A stretch of 64,000 nucleotides of DNA, from assembly GCF_029227855.1 (NCBI RefSeq), contig NZ_CP074358.1. One strand, given 5' to 3'. Position 1 is the stretch's first letter. Each line of letters begins with the position of its first letter. This DNA comes from Escherichia coli. Its GTDB lineage: Bacteria; Pseudomonadota; Gammaproteobacteria; Enterobacterales; Enterobacteriaceae. This document shows, one piece after another, positions 29,248 to 39,759 of this stretch. Below the pieces are notes generated by a model, which did no database searches, was not told the origin of the DNA, and worked only from the letters and a program-made list of their open reading frames with translations. The translations under genes were made by a program, and so were the position numbers.

Positions 29248-29354
29248 AAGAAATTTGACTTCGTTCAAATATCAGAGTTTTTATGATTTAAAAAGGTGAC
29301 AGTACGAAAGATAATTAGTATATTAATTACGTGGTTAATGCCACGTTAAAATTT

Positions 29355-29435
29355 GAATTTGAAAATCGCCGATGCAGGGAGTTCTCTCCTCCCTGCATCG
29401 ACTGTCCATAGAATCCTTTGTGAGGAGGTTCCTAT
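29355..29435 (-). ncRNA. finP: FinP antisense RNA (approximate), complementary to the traJ leader
   Basis: 12-bp perfect hairpin cgatgcagggag-ttctctc-ctccctgcatcg at 29370-29400 in the traJ 5' UTR; architecture of FinOP systems. Confidence 0.5.
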
Positions 29436-30123
29436 GTATCCGATGGATCGTATTCAACAAAAACATGCTCGTCAAATAGATCTGCTGGAAAATCTGACGG
29501 CAGTTATTCAGGATTATCCAAATCCAGCCTGTATCAGGGACGAAACTGGAAAATTTATTTTTTGCAATACGCTGTTTCATGAGTCATTTCTTACACAAGA
29601 TCAAAGTGCTGAAAAATGGCTTCTGTCGCAGAGAGATTTTTGTGAATTGATCTCTGTCACAGAGATGGAAGCATACAGGAATGAGCATACGCATCTTAAT
29701 CTTGTAGAGGATGTTTTTATTCAGAACAGATTCTGGACAATATCTGTCCAGTCATTTCTTAATGGACACAGAAATATCATTCTGTGGCAATTTTATGATG
29801 CTGCTCATGTTCGTCATAAAGACAGTTATAATCAAAAAACGATTGTCAGTGATGATATCAGAAATATAATCAGAAGAATGAGTGATGATTCTTCTGTATC
29901 ATCATATGTAAATGATGTCTTTTACTTATATAGCACCGGAATCAGTCATAATGCTATAGCAAGAATATTAAACATATCCATCTCCACATCAAAGAAACAC
30001 GCGTCTCTGATATGCGACTACTTCTCTGTTTCTAATAAAGATGAGTTAATCATCTTACTCTACAATAAAAAGTTTATTCATTATTTGTACGAGAAGGCTA
30101 TGTGTATCATAAATACGCGTTAA
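29434..30123 (+). CDS. traJ: TraJ transfer activator (229 aa)
   Basis: ATG 29434 with gaggagg RBS; AT-rich gene; position between traM and traY. Confidence 0.85.
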   Translation: MYPMDRIQQKHARQIDLLENLTAVIQDYPNPACIRDETGKFIFCNTLFHESFLTQDQSAEKWLLSQRDFCELISVTEMEAYRNEHTHLNLVEDVFIQNRFWTISVQSFLNGHRNIILWQFYDAAHVRHKDSYNQKTIVSDDIRNIIRRMSDDSSVSSYVNDVFYLYSTGISHNAIARILNISISTSKKHASLICDYFSVSNKDELIILLYNKKFIHYLYEKAMCIINTR

Positions 30124-30221
30124 TAAAGTGTTAATAAAATATAGGCTTTCCGTCTATTTACCTTTTCTGATTATTCTGCAAACATAAGTAGTAACCAGAA
30201 GATAAACAGCGGGAGGTGTTA

Positions 30222-30617
30222 TTGAAAAGATTTGGTACACGTTCTGCAACAGGTAAGATGGTAAAACTAAAATTACCTGTAGATGTGGAAAGTCTATTAA
30301 TTGAGGCAAGTAACAGAAGCGGAAGAAGTCGATCGTTTGAGGCAGTAATAAGACTTAAAGATCATCTTCACCGCTATCCAAAGTTTAACAGGGCAGGGAA
30401 TATCTATGGTAAGTCGCTGGTTAAGTATCTGACAATGCGTCTGGATGATGAAACTAACCAGCTACTTATTGCAGCCAAAAATCGTAGTGGATGGTGTAAA
30501 ACAGATGAGGCTGCAGACAGAGTTATTGATCATTTGATCAAGTTTCCTGATTTTTATAACTCGGAGATATTCAGGGAGGCAGATAAAGAGGAAGATATAA
30601 CATTTAATACACTCTAG
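30222..30617 (+). CDS. traY: TraY oriT-binding RHH protein (131 aa, TTG start)
   Basis: MKRFGTRSATGKMVKLKLPVDVESLLIEASNRSGRSRSFEAVIRL (tandem RHH); gggagg RBS 5 nt upstream of TTG. Confidence 0.85.
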   Translation: MKRFGTRSATGKMVKLKLPVDVESLLIEASNRSGRSRSFEAVIRLKDHLHRYPKFNRAGNIYGKSLVKYLTMRLDDETNQLLIAAKNRSGWCKTDEAADRVIDHLIKFPDFYNSEIFREADKEEDITFNTL

Positions 30618-30649
30618 TTTTATTCATTTATCCGAAATTGAGGTAACTT

Positions 30650-31009
30650 ATGAATGCTGTTTTAAGTGTTCAGGGTGCTTCTGCGCCCGTCAAAAAGAAG
30701 TCGTTTTTTTCTAAATTCACTCGTCTGAATATGCTTCGCCTGGCTCGCGCTGTGATCCCGGCTGCTGTTCTGATGATGTTCTTCCCGCAACTGGCAATGG
30801 CAGCACAGGGCCAGGACCTGATGGCAAGCGGTAACACCACGGTTAAGGCGACCTTCGGTAAGGACTCCAGTGTTGTTAAATGGGTCGTTCTGGCTGAAGT
30901 TCTGGTCGGTGCGGTCATGTACATGATGACCAAAAACGTCAAGTTCCTGGCCGGTTTTGCCATCATCTCTGTATTTATTGCTGTGGGTATGGCCGTCGTT
31001 GGCCTCTGA
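30650..31009 (+). CDS. traA: Propilin TraA (F-pilin precursor)
   Basis: Long leader then mature pilin ...[65 protein letters not shown]. Confidence 0.95.
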
Positions 31010-31023
31010 CAGGAAATAAAACG

Positions 31024-31335
31024 ATGTCGGGAGACGAGAATAAACTTAAGAAATATCGTTTCCCGGAAACACTGACCAACCAGAGCCGCTGGTTTGGCCT
31101 GCCACTGGATGAACTGATCCCCGCAGCAATCTGTATTGGCTGGGGTATCACAACATCGAAATATCTGTTCGGTATTGGTGCAGCGGTTCTGGTTTATTTC
31201 GGGATTAAAAAACTGAAAAAAGGGCGGGGCAGTTCCTGGTTACGTGACCTGATTTACTGGTATATGCCAACAGCCCTGCTGCGCGGTATTTTTCATAATG
31301 TTCCCGATTCGTGTTTCCGGCAGTGGATTAAATAG
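31024..31335 (+). CDS. traL: TraL pilus assembly protein
   Basis: Small membrane protein following traA in F order. Confidence 0.85.
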
Positions 31336-31356
31336 AACTGATACCAGGATTGTTAT

Positions 31357-31923
31357 ATGGAACACGGTGCCCGTTTAAGTACCAGTCGTGTAATGGCCAT
31401 CGCCTTTATATTTATGTCAGTGCTTATTGTTCTCAGCCTCTCTGTTAACGTCATTCAGGGGGTGAATAACTACCGTCTTCAGAATGAGCAACGCACTGCG
31501 GTGACGCCAATGGCATTTAATGCCCCCTTTGCCGTGTCACAGAATAGTGCCGATACCTCTTATTTACAGCAGATGGCGCTGTCATTTATTGCCCTCCGTC
31601 TGAATGTTTCATCAGAAACTGTCGATGCCTCACATCAGGCGCTTCTGCAATATATTCGTCCGGGGGCACAGAACCAGATGAAAGTTATTCTGGCCGAAGA
31701 AGCCCAGCGTATTAAAAACGATAACGTGAATTCTGCTTTTTTCCAGACCAGTGTCCGTGTCTGGCCTCAGTATGGCCGTGTGGAAATTCGTGGAGTGCTT
31801 AAAACCTGGATTGGTGATTCAAAACCTTTCACTGATATCAAACATTACATCCTTATTCTGAAGCGGGAAAACGGGGTGACCTGGCTGGATAATTTCGGGG
31901 AAACAGACGATGAGAAAAAATAA
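31357..31923 (+). CDS. traE: TraE pilus assembly protein
   Basis: 188 aa with N-terminal TM; F gene order. Confidence 0.9.
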   Translation: MEHGARLSTSRVMAIAFIFMSVLIVLSLSVNVIQGVNNYRLQNEQRTAVTPMAFNAPFAVSQNSADTSYLQQMALSFIALRLNVSSETVDASHQALLQYIRPGAQNQMKVILAEEAQRIKNDNVNSAFFQTSVRVWPQYGRVEIRGVLKTWIGDSKPFTDIKHYILILKRENGVTWLDNFGETDDEKK

Positions 31924-32638
31924 TACAGCAATAATATTCGGCGGCCTGTTTTTTTCCTGCAACGTGATGGCCGGAGCCGGTACGCTGGCCCCCACAGTGG
32001 TGCCAATGGTGAACGGTGGTCAGGCCAGTATTGCCATCAGTAATACCAGCCCGAATCTGTTTACCGTTCCCGGTGACCGGATTATCGCCGTGAACAGTCT
32101 GGATGGTGCCCTGACCAATAATGAGCAGACTGCTTCCGGCGGTGTGGTGGTGGCCACCGTCAACAAAAAGCCCTTTACGTTCATTCTGGAAACTGAGCGG
32201 GGTCTGAACCTTTCCATTCAGGCCGTTCCCCGTGAAGGCGCGGGGCGTACCATTCAGCTGGTCAGTGACCTGCGCGGAACCGGAGAAGAAGCCGGCGCGT
32301 GGGAAACGTCCACGCCTTACGAATCCCTGCTTGTGACCATCAGCCAGGCTGTCCGTGGCGGAAAATTACCTGCAGGCTGGTATCAGGTTCCTGTGACAAA
32401 GGAAACCCTGAAGGCCCCTGCGGGTCTGTCTTCAGTGGCAGATGCAGTATGGATGGGGAATCACCTGAAGATGGTCCGCTTTACCGTGGAAAATAAAACG
32501 CTGTCTGCCCTGAATATCCGGGAAAGTGATTTCTGGCAGCCGGGAACCCGTGCCGTGATGTTCAGCCAGCCTGCCAGCCAGTTACTGGCAGGTGCGCGCA
32601 TGGATGTGTATGTCATCCGTGACGGGGAGGGCAACTGA
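31910..32638 (+). CDS. traK: TraK secretin-like T4SS protein
   Basis: 242 aa, signal peptide; F gene order. Confidence 0.9.
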   Translation: MRKNNTAIIFGGLFFSCNVMAGAGTLAPTVVPMVNGGQASIAISNTSPNLFTVPGDRIIAVNSLDGALTNNEQTASGGVVVATVNKKPFTFILETERGLNLSIQAVPREGAGRTIQLVSDLRGTGEEAGAWETSTPYESLLVTISQAVRGGKLPAGWYQVPVTKETLKAPAGLSSVADAVWMGNHLKMVRFTVENKTLSALNIRESDFWQPGTRAVMFSQPASQLLAGARMDVYVIRDGEGN

Positions 32639-34065
32639 TGGCCAGTATCAATACCATTGTGAAACGCAAGCAGTACCTGTGGCTGGGGATTGTGGTTGTC
32701 GGTGCAGCCTCCGCGATTGGTGGTGCGCTGTATCTGTCTGATGTGGACATGTCCGGTAACGGTGAAACCGTGGCTGAACAGGAGCCTGTGCCGGATATGA
32801 CCGGTGTGGTGGATACGACCTTTGATGACAAGGTGCGTCAGCATGCCACCACCGAGATGCAGGTGACGGCAGCGCAGATGCAGAAGCAGTATGAGGAAAT
32901 CCGTCGTGAGCTGGATGTTCTGAACAAACAGCGCGGTGATGACCAGCGTCGTATTGAAAAGCTGGGACAGGACAATGCCGCCCTGGCAGAGCAGGTAAAA
33001 GCCCTGGGTGCTAATCCCGTCACGGCGACCGGTGAGCCTGTACCGCAGATGCCTGCCTCACCGCCCGGCCCGGAAGGCGAACCACAGCCAGGAAACACCC
33101 CCGTATCCTTCCCGCCGCAGGGCAGCGTTGCTGTTCCACCGCCGACGGCGTTTTATCCCGGGAATGGTGTCACGCCACCACCACAGGTGACGTACCAGTC
33201 TGTGCCGGTGCCTAACCGGATACAGCGTAAGGTGTTTACCCGTAATGAGGGAAAACAGGGACCATCACTGCCGTACATTCCGTCAGGAAGTTTTGCGAAA
33301 GCCATGCTGATTGAAGGGGCGGATGCCAATGCCTCTGTCACCGGTAATGAATCCACGGTGCCGATGCAGCTGCGTATCACCGGCCTGGTGGAAATGCCGA
33401 ACAGCAAGACGTATGACGCAACGGGATGTTTTGTGGGTCTGGAAGCCTGGGGGGATGTGTCCAGTGAGCGTGCCATTGTACGCACCCGCAATATCAGTTG
33501 CCTGAAGGACGGCAAAACTATTGATATGCCGATTAAGGGGCATGTCAGCTTCCGGGGTAAAAACGGTATCAAGGGCGAAGTGGTGATGCGTAACGGCAAA
33601 ATCCTCGGCTGGGCATGGGGCGCGGGATTTGTTGACGGTATCGGTCAGGGAATGGAGCGCGCCTCCCAGCCGGCTGTCGGGCTGGGTGCCACAGCCGCTT
33701 ACGGGGCTGGTGATGTCCTGAAAATGGGTATCGGTGGCGGCGCATCGAAAGCCGCACAGACGCTCAGTGACTACTACATCAAACGTGCCGAACAGTATCA
33801 CCCGGTGATACCGATTGGTGCGGGCAACGAAGTGACCGTGGTGTTCCAGGACGGCTTCCAGCTGAAAACCGTGGAAGAGATGGCGCTGGAACGCACGCAG
33901 AGCAGAGCGGAAGAAGACAATCCGGAAAGTCCGGTTCCTGTTCCGCCATCGGCTGAAAGTCATCTTAACGGCTTTAATACTGACCAGATGCTGAAGCAGC
34001 TGGGCAACCTGAATCCGCAGCAGTTTATGTCCGGCAGCCAGGGAGGGGGCAACGATGGCAAATAA
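32638..34065 (+). CDS. traB: TraB (VirB10-like) T4SS protein
   Basis: 475 aa, N-terminal TM, coiled coil and Pro-rich linker, C-terminal VirB10-like domain. Confidence 0.9.
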   Translation: MASINTIVKRKQYLWLGIVVVGAASAIGGALYLSDVDMSGNGETVAEQEPVPDMTGVVDTTFDDKVRQHATTEMQVTAAQMQKQYEEIRRELDVLNKQRGDDQRRIEKLGQDNAALAEQVKALGANPVTATGEPVPQMPASPPGPEGEPQPGNTPVSFPPQGSVAVPPPTAFYPGNGVTPPPQVTYQSVPVPNRIQRKVFTRNEGKQGPSLPYIPSGSFAKAMLIEGADANASVTGNESTVPMQLRITGLVEMPNSKTYDATGCFVGLEAWGDVSSERAIVRTRNISCLKDGKTIDMPIKGHVSFRGKNGIKGEVVMRNGKILGWAWGAGFVDGIGQGMERASQPAVGLGATAAYGAGDVLKMGIGGGASKAAQTLSDYYIKRAEQYHPVIPIGAGNEVTVVFQDGFQLKTVEEMALERTQSRAEEDNPESPVPVPPSAESHLNGFNTDQMLKQLGNLNPQQFMSGSQGGGNDGK

Positions 34066-34645
34066 TATGTCGTCCCGTCAGGCGTGCCATGCCGCCCGGT
34101 ATGTTGTCGCCCGGGTTCTGCGAGGACTGTTCTGGTGTCTGAAGTACACCGTCATTCTGCCACTGGCCACAATGGCCCTGATGGCTCTGTTTGTTTTATG
34201 GAAGGACAACACCACGCCGGGGAAATTACTGGTTAAGGAGATTAACTTCGTAAGACAAACAGCACCTGCCGGACAGTTCCCGGTCAGTGAATGCTGGTTT
34301 TCTTCCTCTGATTCTTCAGGCAGATCAGAAATACAGGATATCTGCCATTACCGCGCGGCTGATGCTGCAGATTATGTCAGGGAGACTGACCGGTCACTGA
34401 TGCAACTGGTCACCGCATTATGGGCAACACTGGCACTGATGTATGTCTCGCTGGCAGCGATCACCGGGAAATATCCGGTGCGACCCGGAAAAATGAAATG
34501 TATCCGGGTGGTAACCGCAGATGAACATCTGAAGGAAGTTTATACGGAAGACGCTTCCCTGCCGGGAAAAATCAGGAAATGCCCTGCTTATCTTCCTGAT
34601 GACAGAACAAACAGAAACAACGGAGATAAAAATGAACATGCGTAA
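34055..34645 (+). CDS. traP: TraP
   Basis: 196 aa membrane protein in F position. Confidence 0.8.
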   Translation: MANNMSSRQACHAARYVVARVLRGLFWCLKYTVILPLATMALMALFVLWKDNTTPGKLLVKEINFVRQTAPAGQFPVSECWFSSSDSSGRSEIQDICHYRAADAADYVRETDRSLMQLVTALWATLALMYVSLAAITGKYPVRPGKMKCIRVVTADEHLKEVYTEDASLPGKIRKCPAYLPDDRTNRNNGDKNEHA

Positions 34646-34829
34646 TATTAATGTTATTACAGCCCTCTCTGTGCCAGGTAAAACCGTGTCAGATGATTTT
34701 ATGCATGCTGTTCTCTGTAACTGCGCCACAAGAATCGTACTTCCTGCACCGGAGAAATTCGGTTCTGAGTCATTGCCGGACAATTTTAATATGACTGCTG
34801 TCGGTGTGATGAAGAATTCAGAAATATAA
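34632..34829 (+). CDS. trbD: TrbD (65 aa)
   Basis: Start moved to MNMRNINV (ATG 34632); F order. Confidence 0.65.
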   Translation: MNMRNINVITALSVPGKTVSDDFMHAVLCNCATRIVLPAPEKFGSESLPDNFNMTAVGVMKNSEI

Positions 34830-34840
34830 GGAACCCTTCG

Positions 34841-35092
34841 ATGAATAAGCTGGTTTCTGATGGCAGCGTCAAAAAAATAAATTATCCGGTGCTGTATGAG
34901 TCCGGAATAACACCTCCGTTATGTGAAGTCAGTGCACCAGAACCTGATGCGGGGGGAAAACGCATTGTGGCATATGTTTATAAATCATCACGGAGTACGG
35001 TTTTTGAAAATCCTGACATTGTAAAAACCTGTACGGTCAGGGATTTGAAGAAGGATTTTGTGAACTGCGATGAGAAAGGTGAGGGACAATGA
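34841..35092 (+). CDS. trbG: TrbG (83 aa)
   Basis: Size and position as in F. Confidence 0.7.
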   Translation: MNKLVSDGSVKKINYPVLYESGITPPLCEVSAPEPDAGGKRIVAYVYKSSRSTVFENPDIVKTCTVRDLKKDFVNCDEKGEGQ

Positions 35093-35604
35093 AACAGATT
35101 TCTTTATTTATTCCTCTGCTGGGGACCTTATTACTTTCCGGCTGTGCCGGAACCAGTACGGAATTTGAGTGTAACGCCACCACATCCGATACCTGTATGA
35201 CGATGGAGCAGGCCAATGAGAAGGCCAAAAAACTGGAGCAGTCCTCAGAAGCAAAGCCGGTTGCGGCATCACTGCCGCGCCTGGCTGAAGGGAACTTCCG
35301 GACAATGCCGGTGCAGACCGTCACCGCGACCACTCCGTCCGGCAGCAGACCTGCGGTGACAGCACATCTGGAGCAGAAACTGCTGGTACCACGCCCGCTG
35401 TTTACCGCTGCCCGGGAAGTGAAAACGGTTGTTCCGGTCAGTTCAGTTACGCCGGTAACACCTCCTCGTCCGCTAAGAACGGGTGAGCAGACGGCAGCAT
35501 TATGGATAGCGCCTTATATTGATAACCAGGATGTTTATCATCAGCCATCCAGCGTGTTTTTTGTTATTAAACCGTCTGCGTGGGGAAAACCACGTATTAA
35601 TTAA
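35089..35604 (+). CDS. traV: TraV outer-membrane lipoprotein
   Basis: Lipobox LLLSGCAG; 171 aa. Confidence 0.9.
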   Translation: MKQISLFIPLLGTLLLSGCAGTSTEFECNATTSDTCMTMEQANEKAKKLEQSSEAKPVAASLPRLAEGNFRTMPVQTVTATTPSGSRPAVTAHLEQKLLVPRPLFTAAREVKTVVPVSSVTPVTPPRPLRTGEQTAALWIAPYIDNQDVYHQPSSVFFVIKPSAWGKPRIN

Positions 35605-35738
35605 CTGGCCCTGAAGTTGTATATCAGCCGGCAATGCCGGCGGGCTTTCTGTATTCAAAATCTGCCTGTAAAACGAGTGCCCTGTGCGTGAAAAGGGATG
35701 GGCGGTAGCGTGTCAGAACATGTCGGGAGGAATATTCC

Positions 35739-35960
35739 GTGAGTGATGAAGCCGATGAAGCATATTCAGTGACAGAACAACTGACCATGACAGGAATAAA
35801 CCGGATACGCCAGAAAATAAATGCTCATGGTATTCCTGTTTATCTCTGTGAAGCATGCGGAAATCCTATTCCGGAAGCCCGGCGGAAAATATTTCCCGGT
35901 GTGACGTTGTGCGTTGAATGTCAGGCGTATCAGGAAAGACAGAGAAAACATTATGCATAA
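35739..35960 (+). CDS. traR: TraR (DksA/TraR zinc-finger family)
   Basis: C4 zinc finger CEACGNPIPE...CVECQ; 73 aa. Confidence 0.9.
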   Translation: MSDEADEAYSVTEQLTMTGINRIRQKINAHGIPVYLCEACGNPIPEARRKIFPGVTLCVECQAYQERQRKHYA

Positions 35961-36119
35961 GTCAGTCGCAGAACATAGTGATTTAATTCCGGATGAACAT
36001 GAGTGGATATTCAGAAAACAGAAATCTTTGTATATGCGCCGGGAAATGGCGCGTTAATTACAGGTATTCCCTTCATGGCTACCGCATTTCTCGCTTTATT
36101 TTTCAACTAAGGAATTCAT

Positions 36120-38747
36120 GTGAATAACCCACTTGAGGCCGTCACTCAGGCGGTTAACTCCCTCGTCACAGCACTGAAACTGCCTGACGAATCCGCAAAG
36201 GCCAATGAAGTTCTGGGCGAAATGAGCTTCCCGCAGTTCAGCCGTCTGCTGCCGTACCGTGATTACAACCAGGAATCCGGTCTGTTCATGAATGACACCA
36301 CGATGGGCTTTATGCTGGAAGCCATCCCCATCAATGGGGCGAATGAGTCCATTGTGGAGGCCCTCGATCACATGCTGCGCACCAAACTGCCGCGCGGTAT
36401 TCCGTTGTGTATCCATCTGATGTCCAGTCAGCTGGTTGGTGACAGGATTGAATACGGGCTGCGTGAGTTCTCCTGGTCAGGTGAACAGGCTGAACGGTTT
36501 AACGCCATTACCCGGGCCTATTATATGAAAGCGGCAGCGACACAGTTTCCGCTGCCGGAGGGGATGAATCTGCCCCTGACCCTGCGCCATTACCGGGTGT
36601 TTATCTCGTACTGTTCTCCTTCGAAGAAAAAAAGCCGGGCCGACATTCTGGAAATGGAAAACCTGGTGAAAATCATCCGGGCGTCGTTACAGGGGGCCAG
36701 TATCACCACACAGACGGTGGATGCACAGGCCTTTATCGATATTGTCGGGGAGATGATTAACCATAACCCGGACTCCCTGTACCCGAAAAGACGTCAGCTG
36801 GACCCGTATTCTGATCTGAATTATCAGTGTGTGGAGGACAGTTTTGATCTGAAAGTCCGGGCTGATTACCTGACGCTGGGCCTGCGTGAGAACGGCAGGA
36901 ACAGCACGGCCCGCATCCTGAATTTCCATCTGGCCCGTAACCCGGAAATCGCCTTCCTGTGGAACGTGGCCGACAACTACAGCAACCTGCTGAACCCGGA
37001 ACTGTCCATCTCCTGTCCGTTCATCCTGACGCTGACTCTGGTGGTGGAAGACCAGGTGAAAACCCACAGCGAAGCCAACCTGAAGTACATGGACCTGGAG
37101 AAAAAGTCGAAGACCTCCTATGCCAAATGGTTTCCGTCCGTGGAGAAAGAGGCGAAGGAGTGGGGGGAACTGCGTCAGCGGCTGGGCTCCGGTCAGTCCT
37201 CCGTGGTGTCCTACTTCCTCAACATCACAGCATTCTGCAAGGACAATAATGAAACGGCGCTGGAAGTGGAGCAGGACATCCTGAACAGCTTTCGTAAAAA
37301 CGGTTTTGAGCTGATTTCACCGCGCTTTAACCACATGCGCAATTTCCTGACCTGCCTGCCCTTTATGGCCGGGAAAGGGCTGTTTAAACAGCTGAAAGAG
37401 GCCGGAGTGGTTCAGCGCGCAGAGAGCTTTAATGTTGCCAACCTGATGCCGTTAGTGGCGGATAACCCCCTGACACCGGCAGGTCTGCTGGCACCCACCT
37501 ACCGTAACCAGCTGGCGTTTATCGATATTTTCTTCCGGGGGATGAATAACACCAACTACAACATGGCGGTCTGTGGCACCTCCGGGGCCGGTAAAACCGG
37601 GCTGATACAGCCACTTATCCGCAGCGTGCTGGACTCCGGAGGCTTTGCCGTGGTGTTCGACATGGGGGATGGATACAAGTCCCTGTGTGAGAACATGGGC
37701 GGGGTGTATCTGGACGGTGAAACCCTGCGTTTTAACCCGTTTGCGAACATCACCGATATTGACCAGTCAGCGGAGCGTGTCCGTGACCAGTTGTCAGTGA
37801 TGGCCAGCCCCAACGGTAACCTGGATGAAGTGCATGAAGGTCTGCTGTTGCAGGCGGTCAGAGCCTCCTGGCTGGCCAAAGAGAACAGAGCACGTATTGA
37901 TGACGTGGTGGATTTCCTGAAAAACGCCAGTGACAGCGAGCAGTATGCCGAGTCACCGACTATCCGCAGCCGTCTGGACGAAATGATTGTGCTGCTTGAC
38001 CAGTACACTGCCAACGGCACTTACGGCCAGTATTTTAACTCTGATGAGCCGTCCCTGCGGGATGACGCAAAAATGGTGGTGCTGGAGCTGGGCGGACTGG
38101 AAGACCGTCCGTCACTGCTGGTTGCGGTGATGTTCTCCCTGATTATCTACATCGAGAACAGGATGTACCGCACGCCGCGTAACCTCAAGAAACTGAACGT
38201 TATTGATGAAGGCTGGCGTCTGCTGGACTTCAAAAATCACAAGGTCGGTGAATTTATTGAGAAAGGCTACCGTACGGCCCGCCGTCATACCGGTGCCTAT
38301 ATCACCATCACACAGAACATCGTCGACTTTGACTCTGATAAGGCCTCCAGTGCTGCCCGCGCGGCATGGGGTAACTCCTCCTACAAAATTATCCTCAAAC
38401 AGAGTGCGAAGGAGTTCGCGAAATACAACCAACTGTATCCGGACCAGTTCCTGCCACTGCAGCGCGACATGATTGGTAAGTTTGGTGCGGCCAAAGACCA
38501 GTGGTTCAGTTCCTTCCTGCTGCAGGTGGAAAACCATTCCTCCTGGCACCGTCTGTTTGTGGACCCGTTAAGCCGCGCCATGTACAGCTCTGACGGCCCG
38601 GATTTTGAGTTTGTGCAGCAGAAGCGTAAAGAGGGGCTGAGTATTCATGAGGCGGTGTGGCAGCTGGCGTGGAAGAAGTCAGGGCCGGAGATGGCTTCGC
38701 TGGAAGCCTGGCTGGAAGAACATGAGAAATACAGGAGTGTTGCATGA
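36120..38747 (+). CDS. traC: TraC (VirB4-like) T4SS ATPase
   Basis: 875 aa; Walker A CGTSGAGKTG; GTG start. Confidence 0.95.
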   Translation: MNNPLEAVTQAVNSLVTALKLPDESAKANEVLGEMSFPQFSRLLPYRDYNQESGLFMNDTTMGFMLEAIPINGANESIVEALDHMLRTKLPRGIPLCIHLMSSQLVGDRIEYGLREFSWSGEQAERFNAITRAYYMKAAATQFPLPEGMNLPLTLRHYRVFISYCSPSKKKSRADILEMENLVKIIRASLQGASITTQTVDAQAFIDIVGEMINHNPDSLYPKRRQLDPYSDLNYQCVEDSFDLKVRADYLTLGLRENGRNSTARILNFHLARNPEIAFLWNVADNYSNLLNPELSISCPFILTLTLVVEDQVKTHSEANLKYMDLEKKSKTSYAKWFPSVEKEAKEWGELRQRLGSGQSSVVSYFLNITAFCKDNNETALEVEQDILNSFRKNGFELISPRFNHMRNFLTCLPFMAGKGLFKQLKEAGVVQRAESFNVANLMPLVADNPLTPAGLLAPTYRNQLAFIDIFFRGMNNTNYNMAVCGTSGAGKTGLIQPLIRSVLDSGGFAVVFDMGDGYKSLCENMGGVYLDGETLRFNPFANITDIDQSAERVRDQLSVMASPNGNLDEVHEGLLLQAVRASWLAKENRARIDDVVDFLKNASDSEQYAESPTIRSRLDEMIVLLDQYTANGTYGQYFNSDEPSLRDDAKMVVLELGGLEDRPSLLVAVMFSLIIYIENRMYRTPRNLKKLNVIDEGWRLLDFKNHKVGEFIEKGYRTARRHTGAYITITQNIVDFDSDKASSAARAAWGNSSYKIILKQSAKEFAKYNQLYPDQFLPLQRDMIGKFGAAKDQWFSSFLLQVENHSSWHRLFVDPLSRAMYSSDGPDFEFVQQKRKEGLSIHEAVWQLAWKKSGPEMASLEAWLEEHEKYRSVA

Positions 38748-39130
38748 GTTCAACGCAGAAACCCGCCGACGTCACGGCAGAACGACGCAGCCACTGGTGG
38801 TGGAAGGTGCCGGGATGCCTGGCAATGGTGTTACTGAACGCAGCCGTCAGTTACGGCATTGTCAGACTGAACGCACCGGTGACTGTCGCCTTCAACATGA
38901 AACAGACCGTGGATGCGTTTTTTGACAGCGCCAGTCAGAAACAACTGTCAGAAGCGCAGTCAAAAGCCCTTTCAGCGCGTTTTAACACGGCACTGGAAGC
39001 CAGCCTGCAGGCGTGGCAGCAGAAACACCACGCGGTCATTCTGGTGTCGCCTGCTGTGGTACAGGGGGCACCGGATATCACCCGGGAAATCCAGCAGGAT
39101 ATTGCCCGGCGAATGAGGGCGGAACCATGA
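38744..39130 (+). CDS. trbI: TrbI
   Basis: 128 aa, N-terminal TM; F order. Confidence 0.85.
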   Translation: MSSTQKPADVTAERRSHWWWKVPGCLAMVLLNAAVSYGIVRLNAPVTVAFNMKQTVDAFFDSASQKQLSEAQSKALSARFNTALEASLQAWQQKHHAVILVSPAVVQGAPDITREIQQDIARRMRAEP

Positions 39131-39759
39131 GATGCCGGGGGCTGATTGCCCTGCTGATATGGGGGCAGAGTGTGGCCGCCGCCGATCTTGGTACCTGGGG
39201 CGATCTGTGGCCGGTAAAGGAGCCGGACATGCTGACGGTGATCATGCAGCGCCTGACGGCACTGGAGCAGTCCGGTGAGATGGGCCGGAAAATGGATGCC
39301 TTTAAGGAGCGGGTGATCCGCAACAGTCTGCGGCCCCCTGCCGTGCCCGGTATCGGACGCACGGAGAAATACGGTAGCCGGTTGTTTGACCCGTCCGTCA
39401 GACTGACTGCGGATATCCGGGATAACGAAGGGCGGGGGGTTGCCCGTCAGGGTGAAGTGATGAATCCGCTGCAGTATGTTCCTTTTAACCAGACGCTGTA
39501 TTTCATCAATGGCGATGATCCGGCGCAGGTGGCCTGGATGAAACGCCAGACGCCGCCCACACTGGAGAGCAAAATTATCCTCGTGCAGGGCAGTATCCCG
39601 GAGATGCAGAAGTCTCTGGACAGCCGTGTTTACTTTGACCAGAACGGTGTGCTCTGCCAGCGCCTCGGCATTGATCAGGTCCCGGCACGGGTGAGCGCCG
39701 TTCCCGGCGATCGCTTCCTGAAGGTGGAATTTATTCCGGCAGAGGAGGGCAGAAAATGA
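39127..39759 (+). CDS. traW: TraW pilus assembly protein (210 aa)
   Basis: Start moved to MRCRGLIALLIWGQSVAA (signal peptide), ATG 39127 overlapping trbI stop. Confidence 0.85.
   Translation: MRCRGLIALLIWGQSVAAADLGTWGDLWPVKEPDMLTVIMQRLTALEQSGEMGRKMDAFKERVIRNSLRPPAVPGIGRTEKYGSRLFDPSVRLTADIRDNEGRGVARQGEVMNPLQYVPFNQTLYFINGDDPAQVAWMKRQTPPTLESKIILVQGSIPEMQKSLDSRVYFDQNGVLCQRLGIDQVPARVSAVPGDRFLKVEFIPAEEGRK

Noticed and set aside
36096-36416. 106-aa - strand ORF at the traC start, and other short antisense ORFs throughout the tra operon
   Set aside because: Overlap confirmed tra genes on the opposite strand; no independent support.
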